DNA from: Desulfurivibrionaceae bacterium
GTDB lineage: Bacteria > Desulfobacterota > Desulfobulbia > Desulfobulbales > JAGXFP01
Assembly (NCBI GenBank): GCA_046484585.1
Contig: JAWOIQ010000025.1
Span: 1-62,789, forward strand
DNA length: 62,789 nt
Direction: 5' to 3'
This document shows, piece after piece, positions 27,845 through 37,350 of this stretch (within the stretch, counting starts at the first letter, position 1; every line of letters begins with the position of its first letter). The notes under the pieces were generated by a model. The model searched no databases. It had not been told where the DNA came from and was given only the letters and a program-made list of their open reading frames with translations. The position numbers were made by a program, and so were the translations under genes.

Positions 27845-28400
27845 TCCCTCCCATTAATCCAAGCCCCCCGATTCCGGTTTATCGATCTGTTTGATCGATT
27901 TATGGGGAATCCACGCCGGTTTCTCCGCTGGGCGGAAACGGCTTCAGCCGCGAAATTCAAAACCACCCCGTTTAGCTGCCGCGGCGAGATCTGCCCAAGT
28001 TTTCAACGGGCCGGGAACGGCTTAGTGTCGTCATTGTTTCCAACCCCGGTTCCGGATTGCCCCTCCCCTCTCCCCACCAACAAATCCGTTTAATCCTGAT
28101 AAGCCGATGTCTTTTTTATTTGACATTTCAGCTCTATAAATCGGAAGATAGCGTTAGAGCGAATGCTGAGTGTCTCCACATATCCGCGAGAATAATTTTC
28201 CCATGCTCCACCCTTTGGGAAAAAGATGTTTAGGTGTTAACCTGTTGATATCACATGGTATATTTTTTCAGCATAGCGTAGAATCGTCACCACATAAACT
28301 GAATTGGACCCCGTGTTGATCGACAAGGGAAATTGCCCTGAAAAGATCACGGAAAACCCGGATGGTCAATCACCTATAAAAATTTAAACGAGGGTAAAAA

Positions 28401-28757
28401 ATGTCCATAATTGAATCGGAAGGGAAAAAAATTAATCTTGATGATGAAGGCTATCTTACAAATTCGGAGGAGTGGAGCCCGGATGTGGCCCGGAAACTGG
28501 CCGAACGCGAAGGCCTCGCTCCACTGAGCGACGAACAGGTCTCGATCATCCAATTCATGCGCGATTACTATGGCAAATTCAATGCCTTCCCTATTTTGAA
28601 CCAGGTATGCAAAAATGTCCATCAACCGAGGGAATGCGTTAACGAAGAATTCATTAACCCTGAAAAGGCATGGAAGCTGGCCGGGCTGCCCAAGCTTTCC
28701 GGGATTCATTTCGTCAGCGTGGACGGCAAGAATTACATCATGGAAGAATGCTGCTAA
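28401..28757 (+). CDS. DsrC/TusE-family protein, atypical C-terminus
   Basis: It aligns by eye with DsrC (INLDDEGYL...W.P.VA...EG...LS.EQ..II.F.R.YY...N..P...). The arm reads AWKLAGLPKLSGIHFVSVDGKNYIMEECC instead of C..AGLPKPTGCV. Confidence 0.7.
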   Translation: MSIIESEGKKINLDDEGYLTNSEEWSPDVARKLAEREGLAPLSDEQVSIIQFMRDYYGKFNAFPILNQVCKNVHQPRECVNEEFINPEKAWKLAGLPKLSGIHFVSVDGKNYIMEECC

Positions 28758-29002
28758 AACGACAATCCTGAATCGTCCAGCCGAATCGTGCCGAGTTTTT
28801 GATTGAATAGCGGCATGGCATGCCGCAACCTCATCCGCTCGAACACATCCGATTTTCTTCAATGGCCGGGACCGGTAGAAGAGGTATCATCTCCCGGCTC
28901 CCGGCCGGCGACGAATCCCCCCTCCAGACAAGACTCAATTCAAGTGAAAACTGCCGGATTCAGAGGGGGGCATCCCCAAACGACTGATTCAGTCAATCAA
29001 GC

Positions 29003-30163
29003 TCATGGTTCGACATAGGAAATCCGGTAGATCACCCCGACCTTATCGTCCGAGACCAGCAACGCCCCGTCCGGCATGACAAGTACATCGACCGGCCGCC
29101 CCCAGGCTTTCATCCCCTGCAGCCAGCCGCTGGCGAAAACCTCTGATTTCAACACCTTATTACCATCAAGATCAACCGCCATGACCCTGTAACCAATCGG
29201 GATGGTCCGATTCCAGGAGCCGTGCTGGGCAATAAAGATCCTTCCATGGTAACTTTTCGGAAACATCGAGCCGGTATAAAACCTCATCCCCAGTGCGGCT
29301 ACATGGGCGTCCATTTTAAGGGCCGGCTGAATAAATGAATCCTTCGGTTTTTTATCGCCGTATTCGGGGTCGGCAACGTCGCCGCCGTGCCAGAAGGGAT
29401 AACCGAAATGCAGCCCCTTTTCGGGGACCCGATTAAGTTCATCGGGGGGCTTATCGTCACCCATCATGTCACGGCCGTTGTCGGTAAACCAGAGTTCCCT
29501 GGACACCGGATGCCAGTCGAATCCCACTGTGTTACGCACGCCCCGGGCATAAATCTCCAGCCCGGAACCGTCCGCTTTCATTCTGAGAATGGCGGCGTAG
29601 GGGTCTTGCGGATTACAGATGTTACAGGGCGCTCCCACCGGTACGTAAAGAAGCCCATCCGGTCCGAACGCGATAAACTTCCAGCCATGAAGACGATCAT
29701 CCGGAAACTGATCGTTAATCACCTCCGGTTTGCCGGGATTATTGAGATTTTTTTCAATTTCCGGGTAGCGGAGAATACGACTTACTTCGGCGACATACAA
29801 GGCACCGTCCCGGAACGCCACCCCGTTCGGCATATTGAGATCCTCGGCCAGGACGAACTTCTTTTCGGCCCGATGGTCTCCGTCGCGATCCTCCACGGCG
29901 TAAACCCTGCCCTCGGTACGGGTGCCGACATAGAGAACTCCGGCCGGGCTCAGGGCCATCGATCTGGCTCCGGGCAGATCATCGGCATAGATGTCGATCG
30001 AAAAACCGGCTGGCAATTCAATCTTGTCTAGCTGCACCTCGGCGGAACAACCCCACCCGGGGAGCAGACCCAAAAACAGCACCATGATGGGACAGATTCC
30101 GTATGCAAGCAGAATTTTGCGCATAATCGAGGACTCCCCGGCAAAATTATTTTCTTTTGACAA
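29003..30163 (-). CDS. PQQ-dependent sugar (sorbosone/glucose) dehydrogenase family beta-propeller
   Basis: Signal peptide, with repeated blades (LYVGTR, LYVAEV, LYVPVG, GFDWHP). The start may instead be ATG 30124. Confidence 0.65.
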   Translation of the reverse strand: MSKENNFAGESSIMRKILLAYGICPIMVLFLGLLPGWGCSAEVQLDKIELPAGFSIDIYADDLPGARSMALSPAGVLYVGTRTEGRVYAVEDRDGDHRAEKKFVLAEDLNMPNGVAFRDGALYVAEVSRILRYPEIEKNLNNPGKPEVINDQFPDDRLHGWKFIAFGPDGLLYVPVGAPCNICNPQDPYAAILRMKADGSGLEIYARGVRNTVGFDWHPVSRELWFTDNGRDMMGDDKPPDELNRVPEKGLHFGYPFWHGGDVADPEYGDKKPKDSFIQPALKMDAHVAALGMRFYTGSMFPKSYHGRIFIAQHGSWNRTIPIGYRVMAVDLDGNKVLKSEVFASGWLQGMKAWGRPVDVLVMPDGALLVSDDKVGVIYRISYVEP

Positions 30164-30199
30164 CCAGATCTCTTACCCCATAGATTATATGAGAAGGGC

Positions 30200-30946
30200 T
30201 TGATGGATCAACTTTTTACGATTGTTCCAGGGAGTGCCATGCGCGACGAGCAATACGTCTGTCTGACCTGCGGCTACAACATGATCGGCTACCATCCCGA
30301 TTTCTGCCCGTTCTGCGGTGCGCCGCAAGATAGATTTATAACCGCCGATGATTGTTCCAGCCGTTTCGAGGTGATTGCAACCCGGATTACCGAAGAGGTC
30401 GCCAGACTTAATTCCGTGCCGCCCCTGGGTCTGGAACATTCGGCATATCGGATCAACACCGGCAAAAAGACCATCTGGATCGACTGCCCATCAACTTTTT
30501 CCGCGAAAATCGCGGCGCCCGATAAAATAATCTTCACCCACCATCACTTTCTCGGCGCGGTAAATCTTTATCATGATCATGCCGGTTGCACGGTGGGAAT
30601 CAATCGGGCCGACTCCGGTTTTGAACTATGCCGCGGTTTTACCTTCGACAACTTATTTGAACACTCCCAGGAGATCGACGGCATCAAGGCGTTTCATATA
30701 GACGGTCACACCCCGGGGTTCACCGTTTACCTGTTCAAGGATCTCTTATTCATCTGCGACTATGTCTCCTACCGTAACGATGAACTTAAATTCAACCCCT
30801 TCGGCCCCATTGAGGAAACCGCGGCGGGAGGTTTGAAGTTATTCGAAATCATCAGGACCCATGAGATAAGCAAGATCTGCGGATTCAATTACGTAAGCGA
30901 CCTGGAAAAATGGTTGCCGCCCTTTAAAAATTTGCTGGCAAAATGA
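30200..30946 (+). CDS. rubredoxin-type zinc-ribbon fused to an MBL-fold (metallo-beta-lactamase-like) domain
   Basis: YVCLTCGY...CPFCGAP N-terminus, then FTHHHFLG and IDGHTPG metal motifs. Confidence 0.65.
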   Translation: MMDQLFTIVPGSAMRDEQYVCLTCGYNMIGYHPDFCPFCGAPQDRFITADDCSSRFEVIATRITEEVARLNSVPPLGLEHSAYRINTGKKTIWIDCPSTFSAKIAAPDKIIFTHHHFLGAVNLYHDHAGCTVGINRADSGFELCRGFTFDNLFEHSQEIDGIKAFHIDGHTPGFTVYLFKDLLFICDYVSYRNDELKFNPFGPIEETAAGGLKLFEIIRTHEISKICGFNYVSDLEKWLPPFKNLLAK

Positions 30947-31026
30947 TAGCATGAATTAAAGGCGACAGATTGACCCCGGATTAACCCAACGGAATCTGAA
31001 ACTATTACCGAGAGCGGAGGTGGCAG

Positions 31027-32745
31027 GTGGAATATACAATCAGAATCGGCGGCCAGGCCGGGCAAGGTCTGGTGGTGGTCGGCAGCAGCCTGGCCAAATA
31101 TTTTTCGCGAAAGGGATTTCAGGTCTTTACCCATAAGGATTATATGTCCCGGGTCAGAGGCGGTCACAACTTCTATCAGATCCGCCTGGCCGATCACCCC
31201 ATCAGTTCATCGCGAGACCGCGTGGATATCCTGATTGCCTTCGATCAGGAAACAATCGAAAGGCACCGCCAATATCTTTCTGAATCGGGAATTATTGTTT
31301 ACGATCCGGAGGAGAGCAAAAAAGAATTTTCCGGCCCTGAATTCGTCAATATCCCGGCAGCCTCGATCGTCGAGGAAATGGAAGTTCACAAAGTGATGGC
31401 GAACTCGGTGATTATGGGAGGGGTGCTGGCCCTGCTGGGATTCAATCTCAAGATTTACGGTGAGGTAATCGGCGATATCATCCATAAGAGCGATGAAGTC
31501 ATCGAAACCAACACCAGGGCCGCTCAAAAGGGCTTCGATCATGTCAAAGAGAATTTCTCCGATCGATCCGCCCATGAATTGCCTGATCTTGAGAAAAAAG
31601 ACCAGATGTTGATTAACGGCAATCAGGCAATCGGGCTGGGGGCGCTGGTCAGCGGCTGCAAATTCTACGCGGCCTACCCGATGACCCCCTCGACCGGCAT
31701 CATGAATTACCTGGGTTCCAAGGCCAAAAAACACCGGATCGTTATCGAACAGGCCGAGGATGAGATCTGCGCGATCAACATGACCCTCGGCGCTTCCTTC
31801 GGTGGAGTGCGGGCGATGACCGGTTCCTCCGGTGGCGGTTTCGCCCTGATGAACGAAGGATTGTCCCTGGCCGCCATGACCGAAATTCCGGTGGTGATCG
31901 CCGAGGTTCAGCGGCCCGGCCCCGCCACCGGCCTGCCGACCAGAACCGAACAGGGCGATCTTAGTTACGTCCTTTACGCCGGGCATGGAGAATTTCCCAG
32001 AGCGGTCTTTACGCCCGGCAGCCCGGAACAGGCCTTCTATCTAACCAACAAGGCTTTTCATCTGGCTGAAAAGTATCAGATCCCGGTTATCATCCAGTCG
32101 GATCAATATCTGGCCGATTCGGAGTGGACCTTTGCCAAATTCGACACGGACAGGCTGTTGTGGCAGGATTTTCGTCTTCGCGACGATAAACTTGCTGAAA
32201 CGGATAATTACCGGCGCCACGCCTATAACGAGAGCGGCATATCTCCATTGGCAATCCCCGGCGAGTCAAAAAATCTGGTGGTCGTCGACAGCGATGAACA
32301 CGATGAAGACGGCCATATTATCGAAGATGCCGAAACCAGAAACAAAATGGTACGGAAAAGACTTCTCCTGAAGCTCCCGCAACTGCAAAAAGAAATAGAA
32401 CCGCCAACCCTGTACGGCTCGGAAAATCCGGAAAACATCCTGGTCTGCTTCGGCTCCTGCCTCGGTGTCGTTAAAGAGGCCATGGAAAGTCTGGCCGCTG
32501 ACCATTCTCTCGCCATGCTTCACTTCAGCGAGGTCTTTCCATTTCCCCTTACCGACAAGTTCGATTATGTCGAACTACTGAAACGTGCCAGGCAGGCCAT
32601 CTGCATCGAAAATAACGCCACCGGCCAGTTCGCCCGTCTTTTAAGGTCTGAAACGAGTTTCAAGTGCCAGGTCAATATCAATAAATACGATGGCCGGCCG
32701 TTCACCCTGGAGTCATTGACAGGAGAGATAAATGAGTACTTATGA
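31027..32745 (+). CDS. korA: 2-oxoacid:ferredoxin oxidoreductase subunit alpha (gamma-alpha fusion)
   Basis: GTG start. N-terminal gamma domain (IRIGGQAGQG) and an alpha domain (YPMTPST). Confidence 0.85.
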   Translation: MEYTIRIGGQAGQGLVVVGSSLAKYFSRKGFQVFTHKDYMSRVRGGHNFYQIRLADHPISSSRDRVDILIAFDQETIERHRQYLSESGIIVYDPEESKKEFSGPEFVNIPAASIVEEMEVHKVMANSVIMGGVLALLGFNLKIYGEVIGDIIHKSDEVIETNTRAAQKGFDHVKENFSDRSAHELPDLEKKDQMLINGNQAIGLGALVSGCKFYAAYPMTPSTGIMNYLGSKAKKHRIVIEQAEDEICAINMTLGASFGGVRAMTGSSGGGFALMNEGLSLAAMTEIPVVIAEVQRPGPATGLPTRTEQGDLSYVLYAGHGEFPRAVFTPGSPEQAFYLTNKAFHLAEKYQIPVIIQSDQYLADSEWTFAKFDTDRLLWQDFRLRDDKLAETDNYRRHAYNESGISPLAIPGESKNLVVVDSDEHDEDGHIIEDAETRNKMVRKRLLLKLPQLQKEIEPPTLYGSENPENILVCFGSCLGVVKEAMESLAADHSLAMLHFSEVFPFPLTDKFDYVELLKRARQAICIENNATGQFARLLRSETSFKCQVNINKYDGRPFTLESLTGEINEYL

Positions 32746-33589
32746 GGATTATAAAGGACAAGAACCAGCCTGGTGCCCCGGCTGCGGCAATTTCTCCATT
32801 CTGAAGACCCTGAAAAACGCCCTGGTGGACCTGGATATCGAACCCCACCAGTTCACCATCGTTTCCGGGATCGGCCAGGGGGCGAAACTGCCCCATTACA
32901 CGAAATGCAACACCTTTAACGGTTTGCACGGCAGGACCCTGCCGGTAGCCACGGGGCTGAAACTCGCCAACAGCGATATGCTGGTATTCGCGGTTGCCGG
33001 CGACGGCGATTGTTACGGAGAAGGGGGCAACCACCTTATCCATGCCATCCGCCGCAACGCCAACGTAACCCTTTTTGTTCACAACAACCAGATTTACGGT
33101 CTCACCAAAGGCCAGGCCTCACCGACCACCGCGGAGGGTACCGTCACCAAGACCCAGCCCTTCGGGGATGCTTCGTCGCAATTCAATCCGCTGGCCCTGG
33201 CTATTTCGCAGAATTGCGGTTTCGTGGCCCGGGCCTTTGCCGGGGGGTCCGAACTCCCCTTCCTGCAGGAGATCATGAAAGAGGCCATAAACCACAAAGG
33301 GTTCGCCCTGGTCGACATTCTCCAGAACTGCATTGTCTTCAACAAGGTCAATACCTTCCATTGGTACAAGGAAAGGGTATACCGGCTCGAAGACGACTAT
33401 GATCCGACCGATCAGGTGGAGGCATTCAAAAGATCCCTGGAATGGGGAGATAATATTCCGACCGGAATCTTTTACAGAAACGACAGGGCTCCTTTTGAAA
33501 AATCATTCCCCATCATCCAAGGGGAGCCCCTGATGCGCCAGCAGTTCTCCATGTCGGAAACGCTGGATGAAATATCGGAGTTTTGCTAG
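32732..33589 (+). CDS. korB: 2-oxoacid:ferredoxin oxidoreductase subunit beta (TPP-binding)
   Basis: WCPGCGNFSIL and GDGDCYGEGGNH TPP motifs. It overlaps korA by 14 nt. Confidence 0.9.
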   Translation: MSTYEDYKGQEPAWCPGCGNFSILKTLKNALVDLDIEPHQFTIVSGIGQGAKLPHYTKCNTFNGLHGRTLPVATGLKLANSDMLVFAVAGDGDCYGEGGNHLIHAIRRNANVTLFVHNNQIYGLTKGQASPTTAEGTVTKTQPFGDASSQFNPLALAISQNCGFVARAFAGGSELPFLQEIMKEAINHKGFALVDILQNCIVFNKVNTFHWYKERVYRLEDDYDPTDQVEAFKRSLEWGDNIPTGIFYRNDRAPFEKSFPIIQGEPLMRQQFSMSETLDEISEFC

Positions 33590-33640
33590 GCATGCGACTC
33601 CTGAACCGACTGACTTAAATATCCGTTCATAAAGACAAAG

Positions 33641-33787
33641 TCGCAAAAGGTCTAGGGATGGTTAAGCAAAAGCGCGATATGCGCCCGGAGGAAGTTCCCT
33701 CGGGGTGTGCCCGGAGTAAGTGCCTCCTCAAGGGAGATTGAGCAAAACTCTTGGAGTGCAGGAAGCGATGTATTTTTTGTTAAAGCA
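33641..33787 (+). repeat. repeat family C copy (degenerate right end)
   Basis: TCGCAAAAGGTCTAGGGATGGTTAAGCAAAAGC left module. The right boundary is uncertain. Confidence 0.4.
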
Positions 33788-33800
33788 TTAAAATCCCTTG

Positions 33801-34151
33801 TCAAAACCCTGAACGCCTGAGCTTGTTCTTATCGTTTTTATGGTAAACCTCGAAAAAGATAACGCTGGCTTTCGCGATCCTTTCACAATGCTCACAGGCG
33901 ATGGTCAGTTTCTCGTTTGGTTTTCGGCAGAGTTCGCAATAGTAGTAGATTAACCGGTAGTCCTTGCGGCCCACGTATTTTTTAAATCTGCCGCGATGCT
34001 CCCCTTTCATGACCCCGTCCGCGTCCTCGGGATTATCGAGCAATCGGTCGATCACCGCAATAATTCTTTGAAAGCCAACCGGGTCCTTGCGTTTGATCCC
34101 GGCCAGATGGTCCGCGAAATTTCTGGTTGGATAATAGTTATAGCGGGGCAT
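33801..34151 (-). CDS. RelE/ParE-like toxin with inserted CxxC...CxxC zinc ribbon
   Basis: QRIIAVIDRLLDNP...MKGEHRGRFKKYVGRKDYRLIYYY-[CELCRKPNEKLTIACEHC]-...VIFFEVYHKND. The start follows the upstream stop by 4 nt. Confidence 0.6.
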   Translation of the reverse strand: MPRYNYYPTRNFADHLAGIKRKDPVGFQRIIAVIDRLLDNPEDADGVMKGEHRGRFKKYVGRKDYRLIYYYCELCRKPNEKLTIACEHCERIAKASVIFFEVYHKNDKNKLRRSGF

Positions 34152-34155
34152 CGAT

Positions 34156-34347
34156 TCACTCTTCGCAATCACAGCCGCAGCCTTGACTGTCATCGGTATC
34201 TGCCGGAAAAAGGCGTTTTCCCAGCATCGCCCTGAGATCGGCAGGAGCGTGCCGAAGACAATAAGTCATGGCCTCGTGCTGTTCCGGGCTGCCCTCCTCC
34301 ATGGTCATGCATAATTGCAGAGCCTGTTCAAACGATTCAAATTCCAT
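34156..34347 (-). CDS. small acidic protein, putative cognate antitoxin, C-terminal GCGCDCEE
   Basis: 63 aa, immediately upstream of the RelE-like gene in the same operon. I recognise no DNA-binding motif. Confidence 0.45.
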   Translation of the reverse strand: MEFESFEQALQLCMTMEEGSPEQHEAMTYCLRHAPADLRAMLGKRLFPADTDDSQGCGCDCEE

Positions 34348-34766
34348 ATTTTTCTCCCTGGATTATTTTTAAGGAAAATGCGGCGTCAAAACGCCGTTCG
34401 AGAAAACGGAAAAGACTTAATTTAAAAATCACTTACGCCGTGATGATCATCTCTGTCGCTGTCCTTTTGACTATAACTCCCGGGGCAGGAAATCCCAGCG
34501 ATAATAGTGAAACAGGTTTTTATCATCGGGGAAATTTCGTTTTTTTTACGGTTGACTTCCTTCACATCGTTGTACGAGACTGAAGGTAAGCAATGGAAGA
34601 GAAATTCCATTGATTATATTGTTTGCAAAGCTGGAACTGCCGGTCTCATAATCAGTGTGACGATGGCTGAGGTCAGCAAATTGGAGACAAAAATTATCAA
34701 AGCCGAATTGGAGTACCGACTATGATCTCCATCGAATATTATCCTGAAAACAAGAGGAGTAGAAAT

Positions 34767-35390
34767 ATGGTCAGAACAACGTTCTTTCTTCAAATCCTAA
34801 TCTTCAGTCTATTTTCACTTCTATTCACAGGTTGCGCCACAAAAGGAACGGTCCGGCACGATATCAGTACGTCGGAAGAAAAACAATCCCAAGCTATTGC
34901 TGAACTCAGGCAGGAGCTTACAGCCAAGATCAATCAACTGGAAGGGATGGGAGAAGACAGCGCCGTGGCACTGCGTTTGGCTCGGGAGGCCAGTCAGGCC
35001 ACAGCCAAACTGCGAACCGAGTTTGAAGCCCGCAACAACCTGGCAGAAAAAGTAAGGGAAACGGTCTATTTCGGCTTCGACCGGCATGATCTCAGTAACA
35101 TCGCCCAGGCCAACCTCGACAAGATCGCCGACATGATGAACAGTGACAACAGATACGAGGCGGTACTGATGGGCCATACCGATGGAAGAGGCTCGGAATC
35201 ATACAATTATGCTTTGAGTTACAGGCGAGTTGCCAGTGTTATCGGCTATCTGGTTACTGAAAAAAATGCGGATCTCAGCCGGATTCATTTAGTCGGACTG
35301 GGTGAGGGCTATCCAGCCGCGGACAACTCATCGGAAGAAGGTCGGCGGGAAAATCGCCGGGTCGTCATAAAGATTCTGGGACCACGCTGA
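34767..35390 (+). CDS. OmpA-family lipoprotein
   Basis: Lipobox LFTGC, a coiled-coil region, and a C-terminal OmpA_C domain (GHTDGRGSESYNYALSYRRV). AGGAG SD. Confidence 0.8.
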   Translation: MVRTTFFLQILIFSLFSLLFTGCATKGTVRHDISTSEEKQSQAIAELRQELTAKINQLEGMGEDSAVALRLAREASQATAKLRTEFEARNNLAEKVRETVYFGFDRHDLSNIAQANLDKIADMMNSDNRYEAVLMGHTDGRGSESYNYALSYRRVASVIGYLVTEKNADLSRIHLVGLGEGYPAADNSSEEGRRENRRVVIKILGPR

Positions 35391-35665
35391 TCAAATTAAC
35401 AAAAAGGGTTGAGCCGCTGAAAGCGATTCAACTCGAAACATACGCGCTTTAAGTGGCATATAACAGGGGACAGACAGTAGTCGAATAGCATAGAGACGGA
35501 GAATAGTCCGCCGAGGCAAGACTTTTTCGCTTTTTTTGCCGGCTACGGGGCCATCCCCATCAACATCATAGTTCTGTTCCCTGTTATCCCGACTTCGCCT
35601 CCACGCGGAGCTGATCCTCCCGCTGGAAGCATTTCATCATTCGGAAATCATCGGAAAGACAGTCA

Positions 35666-35821
35666 CTATTCAGGATAGAACTGGTCCTTGCCGACCCCGC
35701 AGACCGGACAGACCCAATCATCGGGAAGATTTTCAAAAGAGGTGCCCGGCGCGATTCCACCTTCAGGATCACCGATTTCGGGATCGTAGACATAACCACA
35801 AGCACTACAGACATATTTCAT
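35666..35821 (-). CDS. rub: rubredoxin (51 aa, absent from ORF track)
   Basis: [51 protein letters not shown], with canonical CxxCG...WxCPxCG motifs. Confidence 0.9.
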   Translation of the reverse strand: MKYVCSACGYVYDPEIGDPEGGIAPGTSFENLPDDWVCPVCGVGKDQFYPE

Positions 35822-35930
35822 TGGCAACCTCCGCCTGACTGATTTTATTTAGTTATAAATCATGATAAAGAATCGAGTTAACCATATTCAATCCAATTTT
35901 TCAAAAATCGCGAATAATGGAGGTTAAATT

Positions 35931-36173
35931 GTGGGCGAACAGAAAGAGAAAAAATGTTTGAATTGCGGGAAACCTGTGCCCGAACCGGCCGCAGCCGCGC
36001 TATGTCCCAATTGCGGTCTTACCTATTGGAAATGCGGAAATTGCGGGTTTTTGCTGACGGCCGCCAACCCGCCCAATACCTGCCCAAGCTGCCACCGCGA
36101 TTGCGAATTCAAAAATGTTACATGCTATACCCCGGATTGCGGCGGCCCAGGCAATATCGATCCCCAGCTTTAG
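35931..36173 (+). CDS. Cys-rich zinc-ribbon / rubredoxin-like protein
   Basis: GTG start with GGAGG SD. Four CxxC pairs (CLNCG, CPNCG, CGNCG, CPSCH). Confidence 0.6.
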   Translation: MGEQKEKKCLNCGKPVPEPAAAALCPNCGLTYWKCGNCGFLLTAANPPNTCPSCHRDCEFKNVTCYTPDCGGPGNIDPQL

Positions 36174-36267
36174 ACGGGCAACATCCAGACCATCTTTCAT
36201 GGCAGAACCATAAGACCGGCGGAGAGGTTCCCGAAGCGGAGGGCCGTTGCCACTTATAAATAAAAAA

Positions 36268-36295
36268 AGCGGCGAGCGGAAAAAATCCGCCGCCG
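36268..36295 (-). terminator. GC-rich hairpin with U-tract on minus strand, downstream of the GNAT gene
   Basis: The stem is GCGGCGAGCGG-AAAAAAT-CCGCCGCCGC and is preceded by A7 on the plus strand. Confidence 0.5.
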
Positions 36296-36420
36296 CAATC
36301 CTTATAAAAATCATGCCGCTGTAAATTAATAACCCGTCATTCAAGAACAGCCGGGGGGGATACTGGAACGCAAGGGAAATGACTTGGTTTGAACAAGCTC
36401 TACCCTAACAGACCCCGAAC

Positions 36421-37065
36421 CTATACATCTTTTTTTAGACTGACCATTCCAGGCGCTCCGATCATCTTTTCAAAGAAACTATCAATTTTCTCTTCGGCAA
36501 CCCTGAATCCTTTCTTTTCAAAGAGTTTAATTCCGGGATCATTGCCGATATAAATATTGGCCTGGGCAAATCGAAAGCCGAGCTCCTTTCCTTCCGCGAC
36601 AACCTCATCCAGCAAATAACTGGCCGCCCCATGACGGCGCGCATCGGGTGAAGTGGCCCCGCGGTCGATAACCCAGGCCCCTTCGCTTATGACAGGCATG
36701 CAAGGCACCAGTTTGTCAGTGCGTTCCTTGACCAGACCCTGCTCGGCCTCGGACCATCCGAGAATGGGACTTACTTCAGGAATGGCGGCAAGAAAAGCTT
36801 GATAACCCATGGTGACGGGGTCATACCCCCCCATTGCCGCTACCGGGCCGCTTGTGTCTTCGGCAATCATAAAACGGGAATGGTGAAAGAGATGCGTGGT
36901 CTGGGTTATCAACAGCATCTGCAGAAAAGTCATGCAATCGTTCGGCTTGCCGCCGAGCAGATATTCAAGGATAGCCCTGGATATGTGATTGCGGCCTGCC
37001 ATCATGATCATATCGGCCAGAAATGATCCATCCTCAGGTTGAGCCTTTCTTAAACGGAATCCCAT
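36421..37065 (-). CDS. GNAT family N-acetyltransferase
   Basis: RRHGAASYLLDEVVAEGKELG acetyl-CoA-binding region. Confidence 0.7.
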   Translation of the reverse strand: MGFRLRKAQPEDGSFLADMIMMAGRNHISRAILEYLLGGKPNDCMTFLQMLLITQTTHLFHHSRFMIAEDTSGPVAAMGGYDPVTMGYQAFLAAIPEVSPILGWSEAEQGLVKERTDKLVPCMPVISEGAWVIDRGATSPDARRHGAASYLLDEVVAEGKELGFRFAQANIYIGNDPGIKLFEKKGFRVAEEKIDSFFEKMIGAPGMVSLKKDV

Positions 37066-37350
37066 TTTGTCTACCTTCTCTTTAAACTAAATTGAAACTT
37101 AATGGCGTCTAAAAAACACTTATTATTAATAAGTTATTTCGACCAATGGTTTTCTGTTCGTCCAACTAACCAAGAATATCCCAACGCTTTGTCAACTTTG
37201 TCTTAAACGACCTTACAAAGGTTTTACACCAAAGAACAACATTCGCAACAAAAAATCATCTTTTCAGCAGGCATCCCAACCGTAATCGGTGGATTAAATT
37301 ACCACCCTGCATCCGAAAAGCACTCGAACGCACACCAATCAGGATTATAT

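Noticed and set aside
27845-28400. 555-bp non-coding gap upstream of the DsrC-like gene, checked for a hidden gene or ncRNA (includes the 63-aa ORF 27902-28093)
   Set aside because: No frame has a start with an SD or family-like sequence. Only a short palindrome (ATCGATCTGTTTGATCGAT, 27881-27899) was seen. Evidence is insufficient for any call.
28374-28862. 162-aa minus-strand ORF
   Set aside because: It is antisense to the DsrC-like gene, which has a good SD and family similarity.
28767-28964. Possible additional family B element (CCTGAATCGT ... CCGGATTCAGA) downstream of the DsrC-like gene
   Set aside because: Only the ~10-nt termini resemble family B. The interior shows no similarity and there is no flanking duplication. 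It is mentioned under the family B finding as a weak candidate only.
35584-35814. 76-aa minus-strand track ORF
   Set aside because: It is out of frame with, and overlapping, the canonical 51-aa rubredoxin reading (35666-35821), which has perfect family motifs.
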